Below, one piece after another: positions 40,601 through 49,794 of a DNA stretch of 64,000 bases. Source of the DNA: Promethearchaeota archaeon. Lineage in GTDB: Archaea > Asgardarchaeota > Lokiarchaeia > Sigyniarchaeales > SOKP01. The stretch covers positions 32,001 through 96,000 of the forward strand of contig JAHPZE010000009.1 of NCBI GenBank assembly GCA_019058365.1. Direction: 5' to 3'. Every line of letters begins with the position of its first letter. Positions within the stretch are counted from its first letter, which is position 1. The translations under genes were made by a program, and so were the position numbers. The notes under the pieces are model-generated. The model saw nothing but the letters and a program-made list of their open reading frames with translations. It did no database searches and was not told where the DNA came from.

Positions 40601-41789
40601 AATTTAAATCTGTATCTAAGTCTATTTCATAGCTACTCAGATCCCATGTGTCATCACAACTAAAGTTTGCATACACTTTTGAAGATTGCCAATTACCATT
40701 CAATTCTAAAGAACCTTTTCCCCAATCTACATCAGTTACACTACTGTCATTTAATTTTAATTGAATTTGACTTGGTTTAACTTCGGTTTTTAATATTAAT
40801 TGAATATTATCAATGAAAATTTGTTGATAATTACCATATGTAAAACCATTATATGTTGCAGTTATTGGAGTATATTCCCATGAAAATTCGATTTGCACTG
40901 AGGAACTATTTAGTGGATTACTATAAATGTTTGAAGAATTTGTCCAAACACCCTGAGGAATACTGAAACTATGCCAACCAGTCCCAAATCGATATAATGT
41001 TAGCGAGCCAATTGAATAAATATCAATACCATTGATAGAAAATGATAAAAGATGCGAATTAAATTCCATTAGATGGTAGGGACGTACTTCAAAATATAAT
41101 TCACTATCTAATACTCTACCTCTCGGGATATTAATAGTAGATTGCCATGAGCAAATATCTCCATAATGATATGTATATGAATTAGGAGATCCTTGTCCAT
41201 CCATTCTAAGTTCTAAACTTTCCCTACCAGCAACAGACGAACTATCCATATAATTTCCACTCATAGTATTAGTCCCTGAATCAATAAATGTCCAATTTTG
41301 ATATGGATTTTCTATATCAAGTGTATCATTTTCGCCTGCGGCATATGTATTATCATCAGGTCCAAAATCGAATGTACCATTGTTCCAATTTCTAGAATCA
41401 TATAAATTCTTTATAGATGTATCTAATTTGTACCCTGTCCAATCAATTCCTAGTGGAATTTCTGCTGTATCGTATGTACCATTTGCAAAATTCACTGGTA
41501 AATCATAATCTGTTCGATTAGCATAATGGGTAACATTCCAGGAGGTTCCTATTCCACTCAAGTGATTTTCAGAAGATAAACCCTGATCGTTTAATTTGTT
41601 AATTTCAGATTTATAATTATTATTTGATTTAAAATCTACGAGATTAGTTTTATTTGGATTGCTTAAAATTATGTTCAAAGATAAGCCAAATAAAATAAAT
41701 AAGATTATAATAAACTGTTTTCTTTTACAATAATTTGATATTTTTCTCAATATATAACACCTAATAATTATTATTCTTATAATTTGCAC
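37692..41789 (-). CDS. Large type-I membrane surface glycoprotein with Ig-like repeats (paralogue)
   Basis: Same repeat type and C-terminal TM/tail as 33444..37334; likely start TTG 41750 after an AGGTG SD. Confidence 0.88.
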   Translation of the reverse strand: MQIIRIIIIRCYILRKISNYCKRKQFIIILFILFGLSLNIILSNPNKTNLVDFKSNNNYKSEINKLNDQGLSSENHLSGIGTSWNVTHYANRTDYDLPVNFANGTYDTAEIPLGIDWTGYKLDTSIKNLYDSRNWNNGTFDFGPDDNTYAAGENDTLDIENPYQNWTFIDSGTNTMSGNYMDSSSVAGRESLELRMDGQGSPNSYTYHYGDICSWQSTINIPRGRVLDSELYFEVRPYHLMEFNSHLLSFSINGIDIYSIGSLTLYRFGTGWHSFSIPQGVWTNSSNIYSNPLNSSSVQIEFSWEYTPITATYNGFTYGNYQQIFIDNIQLILKTEVKPSQIQLKLNDSSVTDVDWGKGSLELNGNWQSSKVYANFSCDDTWDLSSYEIDLDTDLNLYAFKDSPETSYETNIISEGTKFSVENNSLVNWESYAYFAVPTGYEEATMRLEFPTDIDLYWVSEPQQPSVNRLTQCDNSTAGLLLIPVNSISTTPDGFWKFNAESPNYCEELQIFKNTTSIPTGNDWVQESEFFSGDYINITAKITDSLLVSGYIQQTEAKLQVRFPNGSIWAAVNQLQSPDSNGNVDFNYFQIPSTPPNYEVGEYEIIITWNNSYSIFGLNETGIITQKFTVKHFSTLTPDQSYYSNIFEGDTINLLVSFNDKENGDAIRDAIIYTDNFLGGREYFNEISPGFYVLLDFNTSGGVAGDNLLTIYANSSLYQNNSNLITINLVLKTSLTAQEFPYLQVPWNENFTIHLNYTETTTGNGIITSPTSNWLGESSTTMMSPGIYNMEFNSSLYEVNKMHSLIISVNESNYESQNILIKIEIIERETYIDNVFLNGIEKITDKSITLTSGELLNISFSYKDQISGDFLSGATARVVGGGLSKIINESYIYSQYEIVFNTSLLHVGATFLTVSAQLQNYSSSATVLTLYLDVRGTSLVVLLNGAIYPNNYITVEVSEKINITVIYTDFITGTHLSNATIELLGHGYFDENPSLEQYNFTIDAGILGQGIDILNIIATKSDYQSQPAQITVEITERMANLQLFFNGNNKTGDPFLELPIGSSLNITVKYSDLLGNFINNADVKLLGEGLSDSLNQSISLEQYTTLLDTRQLDIGVRLLTVVAQRNNYQLKIINIRLDIRRIITNITTLSGSNVININEGQSVDLKIKLNNLDFGGLILNATVEYRWQNGQGVLTDNNDDGIYESKISNIPVGSFTITITAFAGDDYDFQRYEIIVTVIAQPTMDNLFLILFIISVIGATILGSYFYAYQRYLKYPKPVRKVRKYKRTLKRKSTPSVHITSREKAFSMLYKEELGGVQKLKAKPVEPSSPLKKLEPQLTESKIVPDQLTEKTIKKKEELDELIKD

Positions 41790-41991
41790 TTATTCATATT
41801 TACATAAATATTTTGATCTTACTTTTAGGATTCAATTACATTCTATCACAAATTAATTGGAAAATCTAAATGTGTATTTTATATTAATTTGAATAAAGTT
41901 TAATTAAATTATAATAATAAATAATACTTAAGAAATAATTATATAGTTTTAAGTTAAAAAACTTATTTATAAAGATTTTAAAGTGATATAA

Positions 41992-43245
41992 TTGATCCAA
42001 GGCATTTTGACATTTCAGTTCAAAATTAATCAAAAAGAGACGGGCGAAATAGCACCAGAGTTTGAACCCATTCAATTAGTATTCCGGGAAGATAAATATG
42101 ATGAAAATAATTTTTCAGAATTACTTGCTCAAAATGATATTTTTGCGATTTTTTACCAGCACACTACGGGACTTTTTGGAGTTAAATACAGTTACAGCAA
42201 TTTTTACGAGGGAAGATTAAAAGAAACTCCTTATCAAGTGTTATCTTATTTTAAACAAGTTGCTGATGGGACTCAGTATTTAGCCATTTCAATATTTGAA
42301 TTAGATGATGAAATTGATATTTTTGAAGATCTAATTAAAGAGATGGGAAAAAGATTAGATGTCATATTTGATAAATTAACAAGAGCAAGGAACTCAAAAC
42401 AACTTTCATTAATCGAGAATATTAATATTAGATTAAAAAATGAAGTAAAATTCACTATTTTTCAAGTTGACCGATTATCGAATTTAGATAAACTTCAGAA
42501 AATCGCGCTGATTTATAATAGTGTGGAGCGTTTGAAAATTTTGGAGATCTTACGGGAATATCCAATTTCAAAAAAGAAACTGAAAGGAATACTAGAAAAA
42601 ATGAAAATTAATGTAAATGTGGATATTCTTCTTCAACCCTTTTTAGAGTTGAATCTCATACGTCGGGATTGGATAAAAGGAGAGAAAAATAAAAAATCGG
42701 GAGAGATAACACATCAAGGAGAATATTTATTTCTAGTCAAAGATTTATTGTTTGCTCGTGTTCCTAATGAAAACTTGTTAAACCACTTTAAAGATACCAA
42801 AAATGAATTGTTACCCTTATACAAACAAAAGGTTATTGAATATTTCTCAAATTATGATCCTTATACTCAGCCTATTGAAGAAACGAAAAAATTAGCCTCA
42901 ATTCTTCTCAATCCCGATGTATATGATTTTTTTGTGTTGATGAGACATAATCATTACCCACTGGATAAAATTCCCAAAATTTTTTCAGAATTCGCTGTTA
43001 CAGAAATCTTATTAGATGATTTAAAGAATTTAAATATTATTACTGAGGTTATAGACGATAATGATAGAAAATGGATATGTTTATTAACTGATATCAAACC
43101 ATTAATAGTATTTCCAGAATATTTACTTCCTAAAATTAGAGCAGCGTATAAGGATCAAGATTCTGATGGAGCAATTACTTATGAAATTGCTAAAAAAGCG
43201 CTTAGTTTATTAGAAATAACATATCCAGAAAAAGTAAATTTTTAA
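41992..43245 (+). CDS. Hypothetical protein, putative longin-like N-terminus plus tandem winged helices
   Basis: ERLKILEILREYPISKKKL...LLQPFLELNLI and DFFVLMRHNHYPLDKI...LLDDLKNLNII resemble wHTH units. The ORF is secure; the domain call is inferred. Confidence 0.75.
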   Translation: MIQGILTFQFKINQKETGEIAPEFEPIQLVFREDKYDENNFSELLAQNDIFAIFYQHTTGLFGVKYSYSNFYEGRLKETPYQVLSYFKQVADGTQYLAISIFELDDEIDIFEDLIKEMGKRLDVIFDKLTRARNSKQLSLIENINIRLKNEVKFTIFQVDRLSNLDKLQKIALIYNSVERLKILEILREYPISKKKLKGILEKMKINVNVDILLQPFLELNLIRRDWIKGEKNKKSGEITHQGEYLFLVKDLLFARVPNENLLNHFKDTKNELLPLYKQKVIEYFSNYDPYTQPIEETKKLASILLNPDVYDFFVLMRHNHYPLDKIPKIFSEFAVTEILLDDLKNLNIITEVIDDNDRKWICLLTDIKPLIVFPEYLLPKIRAAYKDQDSDGAITYEIAKKALSLLEITYPEKVNF

Positions 43246-43278
43246 GGTTTATACATCAAAAAGAGATGATTTTTAAAA

Positions 43279-45486
43279 ATGTATCTATTTAAAGATAAAA
43301 ATATAGTTGAAGTCCCTATTACATGTAAAATTTGTTTAAAAGAACTTAAATTTCCAGTTTCGGCGGATGAGTATAAACAAATTACAAAGTTTCCTATTAA
43401 AAAAGAACATATTCATGGTGACCCTCCACATAAATTAATAGTCTTTATCAATCAGTATTTGGAAGTTGAGAACTTTGAGATAAAAGATGTTATAGAAAAA
43501 GTAAAAGATGTGGCTTATTCTAAAGAACTAACTAAACAAGTATTAAGTGAGATTGATCTATCAGATGAGGAAATAGAACTATACTTTCGTACTACAGGCA
43601 GAGAAGCAGTATCAATAGGAGAAATGTCAATTTTAATTAACAAACCAAAAGAAAAATGTAAAGAAATTGCAGATAAATTTGTCGAGAAAGGCTTATTTAG
43701 AGAGATCATAGGCGCAACTCCCCATTATCAAGCATTACCACCATATGCAGCTTTAATTGCACAATTAAAGAAATTTTATACTTATATTTCTGATATAAAA
43801 TCTACCATCCCTCAACAATTAGATAAATCATTTGCTCAACTTGAAACTGAAGCTAAGGGCATGGAAAAAATGAAAGATACAGGTGCAGTAATGACAGATT
43901 TGAAAGAAAAAATGCTTTCTCAAATCCATGCTCAGAAGAAAGAATTTGATAATACAATTTCAGCAATCGATCAAATTAAAACAATCACAGAAGATATCTC
44001 AAATCTTGGAGATTTTACTAAAACTTTATCTGATGATCAAATTGGATCATTATCCAAGCAATTTGAAAATCTTAATGTTAGAACCTCCCAAATAATTAAA
44101 AATCAAGTTGATGATCTAAGAAATCAATTTGGTGATATCAAAAGTACAATTACTGATAATTTACAAAAATTAAAGTTAGGTGTAATTCAGCAAGCTGTAG
44201 GTGATGTTATTGATAAAGTTATTGCTACTCGTTTAAAAGATATTACTGATAATCTAAATGTGCAATTAAGTGTTAGTCAGACTGTATTTGCAGATGAATT
44301 GAATAAGGCGACAAAAGGAATAAACACAGAAATTATTTCTAAACTGAAAGATTCTCTTGAGGATGCGACAAAGAATATTGAATCACTTACCTCTAAATCA
44401 GGAGAAGATAAAGAACGAATTTTTGCAGATATTTCTGAAAATTTTAATAAAGCTGTAAAGTTAGCAGAACAGCGAATTGATGGTCTTTCTGGAGGTATAT
44501 TTGAATCTTTTGGAAATATAAAAGATATTTTTGGAAAGGGAATTGTTGATACACTAGATCAGACTTTATCAGATATTTTGCAACGGTTAGAAGTAAGCGA
44601 AATTACTACTCGAGAATTTTGGGATCAAGCTAAAGGCCAACGTGGATTTACTATGAAAGATATCTGGTTTATTCGATCTCCAGAAGCGGCTAAAGCTCAT
44701 ATAAATGAAGAAATATTAAATGCTAAGATGAGAGTTTTAATTGTTGCTCCAAATCTTTCAGATATAGACATTGAAACAATTAAAACTCGGCCTTCACGTG
44801 TTAACTTTAGAATCGCAACTTATATTGACCCAACTATCCCGGAACATGAAGCTATTATGCAAGAGATGGATAATATGGATAATGTGGATTATAGAAATCG
44901 AGCTCTGCAAAATCTTTGGGGAATTAATAAAGATTATGAAGAAGTAATCCTCTGTGTTCTTTCAAAAACGGAATTTAGAGGAGAATCTGTTACTGAAATA
45001 GCTGGTATAGGAAGCATAATTGAAGAACATATCAAAATATTTGTCCCTATACTTGAGGATGCTTGGGTTGGAGCACGAAAGGAAGTTATGCGAGGAATAA
45101 AAAAGCCAATCTCATTAGAAACAAAACCCATATTAGAAGAACCTTTAAAAGAAGAACCTATTATTACTAAACCTGCAATAACAATCCCATCGGAAGAACC
45201 TAAAGAGATAGAGAAAGACACAGCTGAAATTCCAAAAGATACTTTCTTATCAAAACAATTCCATGATGTTTTAAATAATCTCGAAACTATGACCGGAAGA
45301 GAAGTTTCAGAGGCATTAGAAAGATTTCAAAATGAATATGTTAAGAGAGAAGGATATAACAGTGTATTAAAGAACATTCATAACGCTGGCACCGGACTTA
45401 AAGATAAAGCAGAGATATTAAGTCGTCCTGAAAGGGATGATCTAAAACTTTCAATGAAAATATGGAAGCAAAAACTAAATCTTTAA
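43279..45486 (+). CDS. TrmB-like regulator with Zn-binding N-terminus, long coiled coil and C-terminal helical domain
   Basis: CKIC...HIHGDPPH; TrmB HTH (LSDEEIELYF...KFVEKGL...YQALPP); ~300-aa heptad region; TrmB/PLD-like domain (IWFIRS...NAKMRVLIVAP). Confidence 0.75.
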   Translation: MYLFKDKNIVEVPITCKICLKELKFPVSADEYKQITKFPIKKEHIHGDPPHKLIVFINQYLEVENFEIKDVIEKVKDVAYSKELTKQVLSEIDLSDEEIELYFRTTGREAVSIGEMSILINKPKEKCKEIADKFVEKGLFREIIGATPHYQALPPYAALIAQLKKFYTYISDIKSTIPQQLDKSFAQLETEAKGMEKMKDTGAVMTDLKEKMLSQIHAQKKEFDNTISAIDQIKTITEDISNLGDFTKTLSDDQIGSLSKQFENLNVRTSQIIKNQVDDLRNQFGDIKSTITDNLQKLKLGVIQQAVGDVIDKVIATRLKDITDNLNVQLSVSQTVFADELNKATKGINTEIISKLKDSLEDATKNIESLTSKSGEDKERIFADISENFNKAVKLAEQRIDGLSGGIFESFGNIKDIFGKGIVDTLDQTLSDILQRLEVSEITTREFWDQAKGQRGFTMKDIWFIRSPEAAKAHINEEILNAKMRVLIVAPNLSDIDIETIKTRPSRVNFRIATYIDPTIPEHEAIMQEMDNMDNVDYRNRALQNLWGINKDYEEVILCVLSKTEFRGESVTEIAGIGSIIEEHIKIFVPILEDAWVGARKEVMRGIKKPISLETKPILEEPLKEEPIITKPAITIPSEEPKEIEKDTAEIPKDTFLSKQFHDVLNNLETMTGREVSEALERFQNEYVKREGYNSVLKNIHNAGTGLKDKAEILSRPERDDLKLSMKIWKQKLNL

Positions 45487-45533
45487 GAATATTCTTTTTT
45501 TAATTATTTTAATCTTTTAAATCTATTAGACTA

Positions 45534-46604
45534 TTGATTTTTTATAATAAAATACTTATTATAGTATTTATAATTACTTTTTTTATGGATAAAGAGGTTA
45601 TAACTTTAAAATCTGGGAAGATTAATGAATATCTCCATCACATTGACATGAAAGCATATGGAACAACAAGGATGTTATCAATTTTCCTAGCAAAATTCGA
45701 TGATTGTTCAATTCTCTTTGATTGTGGTTCTTCTTTGGATATTAGAAAAGGATTAAGATATTTTAATAAAAATCATATTCCATTATCATCATTCAAATAC
45801 TTAATAACATCACATCATCATTTTGATCATAATGGTGGAATGTGGAAATTGTATGAGGAAATAAAAAAGTTTAATCCGCAAGTAAAAATTCTTACAAACT
45901 CCCTCACAAAAACGCTTTTAAATGATTATGAACATCATTTAAGTCGTGGAAGAAGTACATATGGAAATCTAGTTGGTGAGATGAAGCCTATTGAAGATAA
46001 TGCGTTTAAAATTATAGAACCAAGTATGAAATTTAAGAAAAATGCAGATGGATTAGATGTGATTGAGGAATTTACTTTCAATGGATCAGAGATAAAATTA
46101 GCGATATTAGGGACATCTGGTCATACTCCAGATCACCAAACTCCTGTTTTGATTAAAGATAATTCAATTGATTTCATTTTTCTTGGAGAAGCTGCTGGTA
46201 CAATTCAAAATTACTCAAAATTGTTAACTCTACCAACATCCATGCCAATATATTACAATCATGAAGCATATATGAAATCGTTAGAAAATTTAAAACAACT
46301 CTGTCCATTAAAAGCGGGTTTTGGGCATTTTGGAGTAGTAAATGGAAAAGATAATGTTCGAAAAATTCTTTTAGAGCATGAATCCTTTATGGAAAAGTAT
46401 AAATCTTTAATTATCAAATATTACAATGAAAAATCTGAAACTAAGTATATTCTTGAAAAGATATTACCAACCTTACTCCCTAGAACTGATCTATCTATTG
46501 AAGATGTTCCTATTTTTAAGAATATAGCGTTAGGGATTGTATACGGAATGATGATCTCTCTGGGATTTCGATCAATCCCTCAAGAAGAAATGAAATATTT
46601 ATAG
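45534..46604 (+). CDS. MBL-fold metallohydrolase
   Basis: SHHHFDHNGG, GHTPDH, GEAAG, GFGHFG; likely start ATG 45585. Confidence 0.9.
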   Translation: MIFYNKILIIVFIITFFMDKEVITLKSGKINEYLHHIDMKAYGTTRMLSIFLAKFDDCSILFDCGSSLDIRKGLRYFNKNHIPLSSFKYLITSHHHFDHNGGMWKLYEEIKKFNPQVKILTNSLTKTLLNDYEHHLSRGRSTYGNLVGEMKPIEDNAFKIIEPSMKFKKNADGLDVIEEFTFNGSEIKLAILGTSGHTPDHQTPVLIKDNSIDFIFLGEAAGTIQNYSKLLTLPTSMPIYYNHEAYMKSLENLKQLCPLKAGFGHFGVVNGKDNVRKILLEHESFMEKYKSLIIKYYNEKSETKYILEKILPTLLPRTDLSIEDVPIFKNIALGIVYGMMISLGFRSIPQEEMKYL

Positions 46605-46665
46605 TTAAAATTTTAATAGATTCCTTCCGTAAACTTCTAATTATTGATTATCATTAGATTTTATA

Positions 46666-47865
46666 ATGGATAGAGAACTAGCTACTTTTGATATATGTAT
46701 TATTGGAGGAAGCATTGCGGGTAATTATTTGAGCTATCTTTTATCCAAAACAAATTTAAAGATACTAGTTATAGAAGAACATAACCAAGTAGGGTTACCT
46801 CTTCAATGTGCCGGTATTGTTTCTCAAAAGTTGAGTAGATTAATTGATTTACCTCCCAAGCTCATTCTAAATCGAGTACATACAGCTAAAATTGTAGCAC
46901 CATCAGGAATAAATATTAAACTAACTGGAAATGAAAAACCATATATAATTGATAGGATTGGCTTAGATTGTTTGTTTTATGAAAAGATAAAAGAAAATAA
47001 TAATATCAAATATAGTTTTGGAGAGAAATTTAAAAATTTTCAAATTGTAAAACATCGTAAGGAAAAATTATTATTAATTGAAACTAATAAAAGAAAAATA
47101 AAAGCTAACATTTTGGTTGGATGTGATGGACCATTATCCTCCGTAGGAAAGATTTTAGGAGTAAAAAATGATAATTTATTTGCTACTCAGATTCGCATTG
47201 AAGGCCAATTTGATGAAAATGAAGCAGTAATGTTTTTTGATCCACGATGGAGAGAATTTTTTGCGTGGATTGTCCCGGAAGGGAAGAATATTTATCGTAT
47301 TGGAATGGCAAGCTCTAAAAACATAGTTAAAAATTTCCGTATTTTTCTAAATAAATTAAAAATAAATTTGGACCAAAAAATTGATCAACAAGGCGGGCTA
47401 ATACCATACGGTTTAATGAAGAAACTTGCTTTTAAAAATGTTTTATTAGTAGGAGATTCAGCGTGTCAAGTGAAAGCAACTACAGGGGGTGGCATTATAA
47501 TGCTTTTAACAGCTGTAAAATATGCTGCTAACTGTGTTAAAAATTGTTTTAAAATAAAGAAGTTTTCAAGAAGAATAATCAAAAAATATTATGAAACTCC
47601 ATGTAAAATTAAAATTGGGCGAGAATTGAAAATCCATTATTTAATTCGAGCATTTTTAGAAAAATTTTCTGAAAAAGATTTCGAAAAAGTATTCCAAATA
47701 ATAAAAACGAGTAAAATTGAAAATTTGATTTCTATTTATGGAGACATGGATTTTCCTAAATTATTTATCTATAAATTAATAAAAAATCCATTAGTGATTC
47801 CTTTTCTAATAAAATTTTTATTAAAAAATACTCATATTATTGTTGATGTTATTAGAATGCTTTAG
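46666..47865 (+). CDS. Geranylgeranyl reductase family FAD oxidoreductase
   Basis: IIGGSIAG, PLQCAG, GCDG, FAWIVP, VGDSACQVKATTGGGI. Confidence 0.88.
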   Translation: MDRELATFDICIIGGSIAGNYLSYLLSKTNLKILVIEEHNQVGLPLQCAGIVSQKLSRLIDLPPKLILNRVHTAKIVAPSGINIKLTGNEKPYIIDRIGLDCLFYEKIKENNNIKYSFGEKFKNFQIVKHRKEKLLLIETNKRKIKANILVGCDGPLSSVGKILGVKNDNLFATQIRIEGQFDENEAVMFFDPRWREFFAWIVPEGKNIYRIGMASSKNIVKNFRIFLNKLKINLDQKIDQQGGLIPYGLMKKLAFKNVLLVGDSACQVKATTGGGIIMLLTAVKYAANCVKNCFKIKKFSRRIIKKYYETPCKIKIGRELKIHYLIRAFLEKFSEKDFEKVFQIIKTSKIENLISIYGDMDFPKLFIYKLIKNPLVIPFLIKFLLKNTHIIVDVIRML

Positions 47866-47867
47866 TT

Positions 47868-48221
47868 TTAAGAAGGAGGAATCATCGCAAAGAAAGCAAT
47901 CTGACCAAAGATAAAATACCAAATTAGCATAAACCCAATTATTACCAATGTTGATACCAATCCAAAACCTTTTACACCCCTTGGAATACCGAGCCCCTCT
48001 TCATTTTTCCTTTGAATAAAGGCTCTTATCATTGCTACAATGTATATTAGAACAACTATTATTGCAACGATCCATAAAAATAACATAAACAATGATAAAG
48101 TATACACAGGAAAACTATTTAACCACACCCAAAACCTTATTATTAAATAAGTGGGAATTGTGGAATAGATAACTGCTGTAAAAAAGAATACAACTCCCCA
48201 TGCTATTCCTTTAAATGCCAT
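47868..48221 (-). CDS. Three-TM membrane protein
   Basis: Three hydrophobic segments. Confidence 0.75.
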   Translation of the reverse strand: MAFKGIAWGVVFFFTAVIYSTIPTYLIIRFWVWLNSFPVYTLSLFMLFLWIVAIIVVLIYIVAMIRAFIQRKNEEGLGIPRGVKGFGLVSTLVIIGFMLIWYFIFGQIAFFAMIPPS

Positions 48222-48362
48222 TTTTGCAAATTTAAATTATTATTTAAGGTTGAATGCTATGCTTTTTTTATTTATTATATTTATGATAATTTAAAAGATT
48301 TGCTGGAGGTTTAATTTAATGAAAAAAAGTATTAATTATTGTCTTTATAATTGAATTTTATA

Positions 48363-49403
48363 TTACACTATTTTTCGTATTAACCATCGTATAGCGGTCA
48401 TAACTTTTTCATCTTCTTTTAAAATGTTTATTGGAAAATACTTTATCTTAATACCAAGTTCTCTTAATTCATTAATTTCAAATGTTTTGTTAATAAATTC
48501 TTGTTCAAAATATTCCCTACCATGAAATTTATTTCCTATAATTAAAATTGGGACTAATTCAGTCTCAATTTCTAACCGTGTATTATCAACTATCTTAAAA
48601 ATTTCCTTTGTTTGAATTATTGAATTTTTATCCGATACATTAAAAAGAAGTATAAATCCCTGTGCGAAATTTACACAATTTTCTAAATTCTCAAAATCTT
48701 TGCATTCAAATTCTCTTATCTGATTATCATATTGTAAAATTTCGAGGTTCTCAATAACAACCTCATAAATCCTACTTGGTAAATCATTTCTTTTAATATT
48801 TAAGAATTGTATTAATTCAATATTCTTCAAAAACGTTGTTTTACCCGCTCTTGGGGCACCTATGATAAAAATTTTCTTTATAAGGCGTTTATCCCTTATA
48901 GGGGTCTCTAATCGATATTTAGGGGCTAATTTTTTAAAATATTTGTTGAAAATATCTAAAAATCTACTTTTTAATTCCTCATTGGCTAATTCTAAAGGAT
49001 ATTCACTAGAAATAGCATTCTTCTTTGTATGCAAAATTATTGCTAAATCATTTTTTAATTTGCTAATCTCAGAAGCAAATTCTTCTAAAACTGGTGCTTT
49101 AGAATCCAAATATTTAAATACATCTACGATCTCATCCTTAAAGATTGCTGTTTTGATCATATAAGTAATCATCATTAACTCTTTGCCCCCCCTTGCTAAA
49201 TCAGAATCAATATGAAAGATATGATTAACAGTTTGAAATTTTCTGTAAGCAAAAATGAAAGTGCCTTCCTCATCATTGAATTCAAGAATTCGATTTATAT
49301 CAGGTGTATCTAAGCTTTTTACTAATGGTTCGCTTGAATATAATGTATTTGGACCGATAACTTGATCAAAATAGGTAATACACAATATCTGGTTTTGTGT
49401 CAT
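48363..49403 (-). CDS. uDENN/longin-type domain fused to a degenerate small GTPase
   Basis: N-terminal YFDQVIGP and ARGGKE; G1 GAPRAGKT, G4 GNKF; no DxxG G3. Confidence 0.78.
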   Translation of the reverse strand: MTQNQILCITYFDQVIGPNTLYSSEPLVKSLDTPDINRILEFNDEEGTFIFAYRKFQTVNHIFHIDSDLARGGKELMMITYMIKTAIFKDEIVDVFKYLDSKAPVLEEFASEISKLKNDLAIILHTKKNAISSEYPLELANEELKSRFLDIFNKYFKKLAPKYRLETPIRDKRLIKKIFIIGAPRAGKTTFLKNIELIQFLNIKRNDLPSRIYEVVIENLEILQYDNQIREFECKDFENLENCVNFAQGFILLFNVSDKNSIIQTKEIFKIVDNTRLEIETELVPILIIGNKFHGREYFEQEFINKTFEINELRELGIKIKYFPINILKEDEKVMTAIRWLIRKIV

Positions 49404-49497
49404 TGTTGAAAAGATAAGACTTATTCAAATTTAAAATTTTTAATTGTCATATATGGAACTCTTTTTAGTTTCAATAAAATCAAAAAAAAATGGAAAT

Positions 49498-49717
49498 TTA
49501 AATTTTATTAGTGAAAAAAGCCAAAGATGAAACTTAATCCACTTTGATAGGGTTATATTGTGCAAATCAGTAATGTAAAGAATAATGTATTGACGAGAGC
49601 TCCAGCAATTATATTTCCGCTTTTTTGATATATTAATATTGAGAAAAAACCATTTATCAGAAATAATGGTATTGCCAAAGGTATAAAATTACCAAAGTAG
49701 AAAAAACTCCCCATCAT
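49498..49717 (-). pseudogene. Decayed 3' remnant of a membrane-protein gene
   Basis: MMGSFFYFGNFIPLAIPLFLING, then a frameshift to SILIYQKSGNIIAGALVNTLFFTLLICTI*PYQSGLSFIFGFF; in-frame TAA at 49553-49555. Confidence 0.5.
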
Positions 49718-49794
49718 AAGTGAGAAAATTAAGAAAATCTAGAAAAAATTTAAAGATAGCACTTTTCTTAATATTTTAAAAGAAATAATAAAAT

